Source: Leptogorgia sarmentosa (lineage: Eukaryota). From it: a stretch of DNA of 64,000 bases. Position numbers and translations under genes: made by a program. Each line of letters starts with the position of its first letter. Position 1 is the stretch's first letter. Location of the stretch: NCBI GenBank assembly GCA_964658305.1, contig OZ210884.1:1364001-1428000 (forward strand), read 5' to 3'. Shown piece after piece: positions 1 to 10,800 of the stretch. The notes beneath the pieces are model-generated. The model was not told the origin of the DNA, did not search any database, and saw only the letters and a list, made by a program, of their open reading frames with translations.

Positions 1-129
1 TTCACTCAGGTGACTATCTGTGTTCTCGCATGACATTTGTGACGTTTTATCTTAACATCCCTTTATAAAATAGACTGTTAAAAACACGGGCGTTCAATTG
101 GTCGAAAGCGCAAAAAAACTGTGTCTCAA

Positions 130-300
130 TAACAACTTTCGTTCCTTTGAATTATAAATACTCTTGAAAGCAGATTTGGTTGCTTTCTTGGTGTTTTCCG
201 CGTTTTTCGTATGGAAGAGAGGAGAACTCATTTGGAAAATATTCTGCAAAACGAGCCATGTTTATCTAATCCAGTAATCGGTCGCAAACATATGAAGTCA
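130..300 (-). mobile_element. Crypton-like remnant (recombinase N-terminal fragment)
   Basis: Minus strand MARFAEYFPNEF then, after a frameshift, KNAENTKKATKSAF, resembling the N-terminal KNxNTxxxTK motif of the 9903 ORF. Confidence 0.4.
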
Positions 301-1539
301 ACTGCGCATGAGCAGCAAAGTATTATTTGAAGCTGAGCGACTTTTGAACAAAATGCGCATGCTCAATAAACTGCTTGCACCTATTATAATTATGCAGTTG
401 AAGTGATATTTGAGGCAGTTATTTGCAGGTAATCAACTAATCAAAATTGAGTAAATGATAAACTGAATATTAATATAAAAAATGAATGAATGTAATTAAA
501 GTCATTAAATTTATCTTTTTTATCATTTTCAAGACTATTTATCTACGGTGCAGATCTTCTATGAAGACATCGGGCTAAAATCATATCTTTGATAGCAAAA
601 CTTGAAGTAATATATTAAAACAATTGTTTTTACATTGCTAAAAATCATCTATCCAATCACAGTAGCACGCGTGTTAAAAAAAATCCCCACATTCAATTTC
701 GTATTGCCAAACATGTTAAATCTTAAAGGCTTGTTGTATAACCAGGAATGCAAGGATAGTGCAAAGTTTCCAAAACGATATCGAGCTAAAATCATATTGT
801 TTTAAAATTAAGGTTGATGTAATAAAACAAAAGGATTAATATTTTATTGCCAAAAGCATATGGCCAGTCACAGTAGCACACGTTTAAAAACTCGAAAGGA
901 AACCAGCATCACGAGTATTTCACCCTGAACTACATTGTCTTACAAATCTAGGATTCATAGCTATCACTAAACTGAATAATAATGCACTTGTGAGAAAATG
1001 TTGGGATCAGAATTTTCGTCTGATGAGGAGATTGATTATTATTATAATATAATGATGCGCATATAAATTCGTTACAGGAAGTTTAGTGCCGGAACTATGC
1101 GTATGGATGCTTAGTAACCAAGCCGCGAAGTGATCCGAAAAACTTTTCTGCGAGTCGCCAATATTCATGTAAACAATCTAAACAAGCAACAAGCTGTCGA
1201 CTATTTTATATATATCAATATTGAGTCATATCGTCACTTGAGTCGATTAAAATAGATTATAATATAAGTAGGGTAAAATCTGCAACGTAATTGGCTAATG
1301 AGTGTGCATTATAACAGCGTAATGCACGCATCTAGCTGTTAAATTTCTCCCGCGACTCTTTGGTTTGACAAAAAGACAATAAAAATACATATATACTGAA
1401 AATACATCCATAAAAAACGCTTGAATTGTTTGCTTTAGCTCAGCTAAAGGAATAAGAACACGCTTGATTACATGTAAAGAGAATTGTAATTTTGATCTTC
1501 CGAACGAAGTTCTTTGTTGCGCTAATATTCTCTTATATT

Positions 1540-1740
1540 ATAAAAGAAATAGAAAAACTCGCGTCGCGTGCCATTATCCTGTTGTAATTGCACTCGGGCA
1601 AAGTTGTGAGAATACTCGAGAATCGCGTAAAACACTCGGCTACGCCTCGTGTTTTACGCGATTCTCTTGTATTCTCCCGACATTTCCCTCGTGCATTATA
1701 ACAGCATAATGGCACGCGATTCGTTATCTATTTCTTAATT
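1540..1740. mobile_element. Non-autonomous palindromic element with GNA-triloop/G.A-mismatch hairpin (Crypton-like)
   Basis: About 80-bp arms around ctcg-GCTACGC-ctcg (1635-1649). Confidence 0.65.
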
Positions 1741-1854
1741 ACAGTGCAACAGCACGCGGTTTTCCCGTGCAGGATAGCGTCATCATGCACTTTTTGCGCT
1801 TTCCGGAAATCCCACCACGTCCCGCATGCTATCGAACTCAATAATCATACTTAC

Positions 1855-4800
1855 TTTTACAACAGTTTCCACAGCAGCAAAAGCAACATCACTCAAACAT
1901 GTTCTAATATCAGAATTACATTCGCATTCCTCTGACTGGCAGAATAACTCAATTTGACGCTGTGGGGACACCTAAAATTGAATTGAATATAAAATTGCAT
2001 TTAGTCTATTACATTTTTTTGTCTACGTATAGATATAGTCATAGGTATAGTAAGTCAGAGTAAATTCTAATTAGTATAGGAAATTACACGGTTCGAGAAG
2101 TATTAATGAAAAATTGCACGCGTGTTTGACGGGACCCAACCCATCCTATGCAAACAATAACTTCACGGCAAAAATCAATAAAGCTGGATTTATGATAACT
2201 TTGCATTTACTTACATGGATTAGGACAATAACACAATTAATTAAAAACTTTACCTGAACGTGAATAACAATCACTAATACTATATACTATACCTTGTTTA
2301 CTCTTTCTTTAAACTTGTCCATGAATTGCTTGCGCCACGGTGTATAGAAAATCTCTGGAACAGTCAATGATAACAGTTGATTCCAAGCCTAGAAAAGAGA
2401 AACACAGAGTCAAAATTACGCCAGTAAGCCTTGAATTCTGTAAGGCAAATGCCTTCTTCGCGTTTTTACTGGTAAGTATTACTATAAAATAAATTTGAAA
2501 AGCGGAAAAAAATGGGACGTAGCTGGGAAATATATGGTTGCTTTTGGAGGAAACGAAAAATATAGGGTTCACTTGTCAATTTAAAACGATAATCCGGGTA
2601 GGTAGCACGTCGAACCTCCTTTAAAACCAAAATCATTTTTATGAAATTTCAGTCACAAAGGAGGAAAGGTCTGGACTCTATTAAGATATCTAAATTTTAA
2701 GATATCTTTAGTAAAAGGTTTTTAATAACTGTAGATAATTAATTTTAACGGACTTATAGAAATCAATGTGAATATTAATAGTCAACCGTGATTAAATAAA
2801 ATAGAAATAATATAAAATGAGAGAAATCGGAAACGTTTAGCAGAATCATTCGGATTCCTTAATTGATAGAATTAATGTTTTCTTCAAAGGAGCGATCGGG
2901 GCACGTAAACACCATTAGTATTCCAATAAAGACGTTGATAATCTGACATATTTCTTGATGTTCTCTTCACTCACCTGCAGTTCCTGGTCCCATAACCGAG
3001 AACTAATATTTTCAAGAGGATAAGAAAGCTTTGAACTCATAGAATCAAGAACAAATTTAAACTGATGTTTGAGTAAAAGCGACATTTCGTTTGGAATATC
3101 TTCCAGTTTGAAAGAGGTGGAAAGACTCTCATGTGGATTGCTCTCCTTTTCCAACACTTCAGACTCTTCTTGAAGATCAATTCCTTTCTTTTGAAGAACA
3201 ATAGTTGTAATCAAACATTTCACCAAACGACAAACGAGTTCAACTTGATTAAGTTTGAGATTAAGTTTTCGAACAAGGTTGTCGAAATTATCAAGTAAGA
3301 CCAATGTCTCTGGAAGTCGTTCTTTGGGGAATTCTCTGGGGCTGGAAAAAATGAAGGAAAACAAAAATTAATGTAAAATTGCAATGCATATTCATTGAAC
3401 GACGGTTAGTTTATAAGGCATTCGTGAACAATTGCATGTGGAAAGTGCAACCATATGTAATTTTAAAAATGTTTTTACTTTCCTCGAAGTGCTCAAAAAA
3501 GTTACGTTAGGTAAAAGATATATATATTATATACCCGATGGGAGGTCCGGATAGAAAAATATTTTGTCGAGGTCTCTCGTTTTTGAGACAGAGACAAAAT
3601 ATTTCTCTATCTGGACCGACCTAAACGGTAAATAACGGATTTATTTTTTTGCTGCGCAATGCCATGATCAAATTCATAAGAAATTCCAGTGTAGTGAACT
3701 AGATTTGAGATCAGTTGTGTTTGTTTACTTTGTTACTCCATCGCAAGTATGGCTGCCAAACAGGCAAGGCAAAGTGAAAAAAAACCCTTCAGTTTTAGTA
3801 CAATTGCTGCCTTTTCACTCAACATGACACTGAATCAAAAAAGATAAATTCATTGAAATTTTTTTAATTATCTTTCTTTTCATTTCATTTCACGATAGAA
3901 ACATGGTTGAAATATGCTTTAATACGACAGCGAAATATTACGCCGAAAATGTTTTCTTCATATAAATGTTTTCTTCATATAAATGTTTTCTTCATATAAA
4001 TGTTTTCTTAGTATACTAAATATTATTTCTAAAAATATAGACCAGAAAGTAACTTTAAACTTGTGTGAATCAACTGGTTATAGTATTATAGTATTATTAA
4101 ACATACAAAAGGGTTTTTTGGCAATTACGGATTAGGATTCCGGACCGTGGTCAAATATCGTAAAATTCCGCCCGCTGCTGCAGGCAATCAGATTGCAGAA
4201 AACGCTTGGATTCCGCCCCCTGCTGATTAACAAAAAAATAAAGCTACTGTTTGTCAATACATCACCAAAGTGAAATTTAATTAAGTTTTACACTTTTAGT
4301 TTTCCCACCACACTGAAACAATCGTCCGTAACTGAGAAGTACTTGTCACAACCACAAATTATAAGCGCACTGCAGAGAGGTAAAATTGGCTTTAGCCGTA
4401 TTATGATTTTAGGAATGAAAAGCTGATTCCCGATGACATAGCTACGTATATATCAATTCCCCCACCTTGGCTTCTCTAACTTTGGTACAGAACGAAAGAC
4501 CAAAGTTAACAAAACTATAATGCAAAAATAATATACCTCATTAGTGACAACTTTTCATCGATCTTCCCAAAAAACACGACTAGGAATTTCACCTACAGAA
4601 ACGCAGAAAAAAATTAGAGTGTAAAATGAATTATTAATATATATATTATATATATATTTATCAGTTATATACCTGCAACGAGGGGTATTCGAGAAAAAAT
4701 TACGCTCAGGGATGAAATATCCCGAGAGCGAAGCCCGAGGGTAATTTTTCTCGAATACCCCGAGATGCAGGTATGTAACTGATATATAATACCGAACAAA

Positions 4801-7800
4801 AATACATCTTTTTCACATTTTCACTTCCTCTTCCCCTACAGCTTCCGCCATCTTCATTTTATGCGAGCAATAACGAGCGGGGTATTTCAAAGTCGAATAC
4901 CCCGAACGGGGTATTTCAAAGTCGAATACCATGCCCCGGAGAAAAATGAAGGGTATAAAGTTCCCATGGCATGGTATTCGCAAAAAAAAATTATGGACAC
5001 GTGGTACAAATGTAACATTTTGATTGGGCAATGTAACAGTGAGGTATAATATATATAATTAATCTTCCGTTCTATATTAATTAATTAACACAATAATTAA
5101 TCTTCCGTAGTTCAAAAAGAGTGCTCAATAACAAAATTAATTGAAAGAGCAAAATTAATATAATAATATTTTATTTAATCTTAAAATTAATCGCTACACA
5201 GTGTTTCACGCTTTTAAAGCGATCATCAGGCGATACTATTAATACTGATCAAAAGAGTTTGCTTGCGCAATTGGTTCAACGGTTCACTCATGGTGTGATT
5301 GCGTTATGCGCGCGCGTTCGTTTGAAAGTCCGCGCGCTAAACGAGTTTCTATGGCGGCATTTTGAAAATAGTTCTGTTCGTTTGTTCAATGTTCTATTGT
5401 TATGCAAGATGAAAAATTTCTCTTCTAAGCAAGGGCTGCAAGAATTAGCCCCGGCCGTATAAGATGGAGCTTGTGTTAATATGGATCACTTGATGGTGTA
5501 TGGTCGGTCTCTTTGAAAAAATGTTCTCTGGATTATGTCCTCTGTTCTCCGCAATGTCACTAGCTCTAGGTTGCCGTTTACGCTGTTCAAGATCATTTAT
5601 CAGTGCGGTGTTAATTTCCAGTATTGAAATGTCATTAGCACGATATCAAACGTGCTTTCTTTAAAATGACATGGCAGTATTGCTATTAATGAACTTACCG
5701 TTTCTGGCCATGGTGTCTGGTTATGGGCATCATCTAGCAGTAATTTTCGCAATGTGACGCACAATTCCAAACACGAAAAGCATCCTTGCTCCAATAGATA
5801 TCCAAATTGCTCCACTGGACATAGCAACAAGAATGTTCGCTTCAGCAAACGATCCATATCAAAAATATCCTTTAAATCTTCTGACATACTGGTAATCTCG
5901 CTAATTAAAGCAAAAAAATAATTCAGAATATGCATGTTCATTAGTATTTCTCAAAAGGCGACGTTTGTGTAAGAATCGCACGAACAAATTTTCATCTTTG
6001 TTTGAAGAAAAAATGTCTATGTTTTTCTATGGTAGGAAATAACTAAACTGAGGGACAGGTATTCTTTGAATTGGTTCATATAATGAAGGGTTTTTCACCG
6101 AGCGTGAGGTCTGTACTGAGAAATATCAAACCGAGGTTCTTGACTCGAGGTTCGACGTGAATTCGGAAAGCAGAATATATATATTTTTCATTGGACAATT
6201 TGAATTTGTAATTTGAGGTACAGTACTGTGCAAAAGTTATAGGCACCTCGTGAAAAAGGATTTGACGCTATCTTATTGTAAAATTATACGATTATAAGTT
6301 AATTATAACTCATTATAGACCGTGAACGAGAAAAAAAGACTAAATGGCAATTATAACTTATACGATTATAAGTTTACAATAAGATGACGTCAAATGCTTT
6401 TTCACGAGGTGCCTACACTTTTGCACAGTACTGTATATATTATACCTCAAATTTAAATTGTCCAATGAAAAAACAGCATTTGTACCACGTGATAGTGTGA
6501 CTTTTTTAAGGTATTTCACTCAGGGGAATTCATGATTTCGCAATCCAGCGTGGGATACTATAATATCACAGAGTATATATCATACAGAGATGTAACTGTT
6601 GTACCCACTTTTTTTGTGCGCATGCTCGGCAAGTTACTTGATGCGTGCATCTGATTGGATGGCGACCTGATGACGACTAAATTTAAACTTGCCAAGCGTG
6701 CGCAATTGATCATTTTTCGCCAGGCGGCGTTAAAAAAAGTGGGTACGTGAAAATGCGAGTTTTTTAATATTGATTTACACCAGTTACATCTCTGTATGAT
6801 ATATACTCTGTGATAATATCCAACTGGCAGATCCACCGTGGGACGCGTGGGCGACACGCGCTTAGGATAGCTATGGAAAATGGCGGGAGAGCAAGACTCG
6901 GACGAAGAAATAAATAGACTTTTCGGCCAGTTATTGAAAGGTAGGTTCAGGCTAATCCTGGGTTAAAATTTAACCCAGTGTTTTAGTTTGTGCATTTCCG
7001 CACATCTGTTAACGTGAAAATTTCAAAGAAGAATACTTTTAATGATCTGCACCAAATTTCTGAAGAAACATTTCTAAATTCATAAACAAATTGTTGGAGA
7101 ATTTTCTTTGAATTTTAAGTTAACCAGGGTTAAACTAACCGGCTTTTGAACAACTGGCCCCTTGAAAACAAAGATGCGAAAATGTTTTGTTCGGTATAAT
7201 AATTATATCATTTTATAGACCCTCCGCTCGGGGGATTCGGCGTAATATTTCCCTCAGTGATGATATTTTCCTCGGGGAAACCCCTCGGGTTATATGATAT
7301 ATGAAAATATACTATCTGCATACATGCGCATGCTTCGGCGTTTACGCCTCATCAGTGCAGCTTTGTACATGTGTAAATACGTGACGCTCGGCATATAACC
7401 ACATGAGACTGCTCACACCAGACGCATGTGGTACACACCGAGACGTCAACGCATCCACACATGCGCAGAGAGTCATGGGGCCAGAGTGCTCAAACGCTTC
7501 CTGATAATTCCCAGACAAAAAACCTACCGATCGCTTCAAAACATTTGCAAACAGCCGATATTTGTTCTCCCAAACAAAATCGCACACTTGGCAGGCGGCT
7601 ATTTCATTTGGAATTAACTTCCGTCATGCTTTGCCGTAACGTCCGTTAGCCTCCTACCGTCATGCTTTGTGCCACAATGCTACTGCGCAAAAGGTCTGAT
7701 GAGCTCAGAGAGTTAAGCCACGTCAACAGACTACAATTTATCGGTCAGTGGTAATAACAAACAAACGGTAAAGCAAACCTTTCAGTGATATTTCGTCGAA

Positions 7801-10800
7801 TTTGTTTATAATCCAATTTCTCCAATCCCCACCACTTCCAATTTCCGAATTCGGGTTTGTTGCAAATCACGTCTTTGTAGGGCTCAGATTCTTGTCGAAC
7901 AAAATGCAACAAAGGTATAGCCGGCAGCAAATAAGTAACAAGAGGCTTCCTCGTCGATTGGCCTTGATAAAAGTTATTAAGTTCCATGATGAACGACCTA
8001 TATGTGCAAAAACATATATGGTTATAAAAACTAGGGATCCAAGGATAGTGCAAAGTTTCTAAGAAGACATACGGCTAAAATCATTGTTGATGTGATACGA
8101 GAAAATAATCACTATTTTATTGTCAGGAAGCAACTGGCAAAAAAAACTCCTTTGAGAGAGTCAAAACTACTCCGCTGAATTTGCAGTGTATATACATTAA
8201 ATCAACTCTTTTGAGACACCCGGTATTATATTAGTATAGGTAATAGTATGGTTTCGAGTGCAATTTGGGAAAAACATGCACGAGTGAGTTTTTCAAAAAC
8301 GCTCAAAATTGCACGAGTCCGAAGGACGAGTGCAATTTGAGCGTGTTTGAAAAACTCACGAGAAACCATAGTATTACTTGATAACAATGATACTATAGAA
8401 ATGATCGAGACAACATGACAAACATCCGGTGGTCATAAACGCACGAACTTCCGGTCGTTTTAATTGGATTATTCAAATTTTACAACGATCAAAAACGAAG
8501 TGTTTATTAATTAAATATGTTACTGTAAATCACACAATATTTGTTAATCGTTCAAGGAAAATATATTTAGTACTGCAGTCCGTTGCAGATTTTTATTTAA
8601 TTTTTCGAAATACAATATATAAATTGAAAGTATAACAATTTTTAAAGTGAAAAATTCACATAACAAACGTCCGAGAACTAGTCGGAACACTTTCAATCAT
8701 GACAGTTCGTCGTCGCTTCGTTTCTGTAGAAATTTGACCAACATCCGATCGGGCGTGTGGCATGACATTAAAGGTGACATGACAGTTGTGGGACGAGTTA
8801 TCAAACATCTGATGCTTGCTTTCTTGTCGTACCAATGACTGGCTAAAACACTGATTATCGAAGGCCATATTTGTTGTTGTGGAACTCGGTTGTTCGGCGA
8901 CAATACTCGGGAAAGCGCTTGATATCTGCAAGTTGTTTCGGCGAGATATCTTTGTGGAAAGATCTCGTTGCTCAACTTCGTCTCCTTCGTCGTAGTCGTC
9001 AAGGGACTGCAGGTTTCGGTGGCCGCGGTAACTTTCACGATAGAGGATCGCTCGACATTACTTTTTTTGTGCTTTAAACCAAATCTCGTCTTTCGCGTTG
9101 TAGTTGACAACGAAGTGAAAGGTAAAAGGGGCCCGTTGTTTTCATTTGCTGTGGTCGTCTTGACAAGTATTCTTTGAAAAGCGATACTGGACAACGTTCT
9201 CCTCCTGTGGCAAACATTTTTGGTGAAAAATCTCGGGATTTCTTTGATAATCCACCACCTCTTGTTTTAGTCTGAGTCATCCCTTCAGCGAATTCAACGT
9301 ATTCCTGGCATCATCGTCTTTGCGAACTGCAAAGTCATCGACTTTCATGCTGTGGTGTTCTTGCCGGCCTCGTAAACCAAAATACTGAGTGAGTATCCAC
9401 CAAATTGTGTTGACCAAGCTTTCTGGGCTATTTTTCCCGAGTTTGTTAGCTTCCCACAGCACTTCTTTGTCCTCCTCAGACAAACTTCTGGCCTTGTTTT
9501 GACGCTTGCCTTTCCCTTCTTCGCGAAGTCGTCTGGCTTTACCTTCGAGCACTTGATTTGAAGTACAAAATTCTCTGTCACGAATAATGGAGTGTTTATA
9601 ACCGTGTTCTTTTAAATAACGGTCAATAGCTGCAATCATTACACGGAGACTGTCCGGCTCGTAATCTTGTCCGTCTTTATTTCTCACTTCAGCGTAAAAT
9701 TGTTGAAGTGTTCTGTCTAACTCACTCGCTTCGTAACTTTCAATTTCTTCGGAAAATCCTTTTTCTTTTGCCCAGCTTTTAAATACGGCTATCCAAAATT
9801 TAGTACTAATGGATGTGTTTTTGTTTTTTGCATTGTTTTGAAGCTCTTCAACAGCGTACATGTCTACATTTGGAAATCTTTGCTCACCACTGACAGCCGC
9901 CATATTTGTTTTGAAAAACAAGAAAAAAATTATATTTTGGCGGTAATATATGCCAGCCAATCAGAAACGTTTGTTACAGATTTTTGCACTGTTGCTACAG
10001 ATTTTTGCACTGTTATTACAGATTTTTGCACTGTTATTACAAATTTTTGCACTGTTGTTACAGGTTTTTGCACTCTTGTTTGGAATTAACTGCACTCAAA
10101 TAAACCAATCACAGTCGAGTATCATTTCTATGTATATTATTATATATGTAATGAGACACCCGTTATAAAACAAGATTATATCTTCAAACAGCCTGTAGTT
10201 GTAGGTTTAATGATAGTCATTGGTTACAGTCAAAATGGTACCTTACAACGTAGTTACAGTATCATGAAAGAAGACATTGCGAAATCTGGGTGCAATATAC
10301 CATCCAAGAAAGGACGAACTACAACATGTTTATTGTCGCTTGCGAAGTTCACGTTTTCGGTCTTCACGAATGTAAACAATTTACGACAACTAATTATTAA
10401 ATAGATAGCGAGTAGCGTAGCCAATCAAGTTTAACAGCATTTGCAATGGTATATACTAGTATGATTCTACTATGTATATCGAAATTAAACAGATAAAAAT
10501 CAACAACTTGGCGTCGCAAGAAAATTGTACGTAGGTTTACCGTATCGTACTATATGAATTTTAATACATGAAATATAATAATAGAAACACAAACTCACTT
10601 TAAAAAACTGTCCTCAAACCCATTAATGCTTTCCAAAAAATTAGAACACACGTCTTGATCTGTAGGAAGTCTGAGGCATTTCAATAAAATTTCGTACTCT
10701 TCATTCTTCAGATAAATATAATTTTTGTTCAGCACATAAGCAATTAATAGTGATGACAGCACGGAAAAAGACTTAGATTTCGCATCCGATGACTGACTTT

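Larger units (their letters stand above)
8236..10143 (-). mobile_element. Crypton-type tyrosine-recombinase DNA transposon, decayed, in an RNF213-like intron
   Basis: Contains a disrupted DUF3504/YR ORF, a 21-bp tandem array upstream of the ORF and a palindromic hairpin near the other end. Imperfect short terminal direct repeats (atattagtataggtaat / atattattatatatgtaat). Both termini are shared with the 22152-22748 element. Confidence 0.8.

Noticed and set aside
7690..7732. Plus-strand CTGATGA-gctc-aga-gagt as an opposite-polarity hammerhead
   Set aside because: No GAAA and no stem I pairing; better explained as a simple hairpin gtctgatga/tcaacagac.
9972..10075. 21-bp, 30-bp and 17-bp arrays as CRISPR
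   Set aside because: No unique spacers, no cas genes, eukaryotic context; plain tandem repeats.
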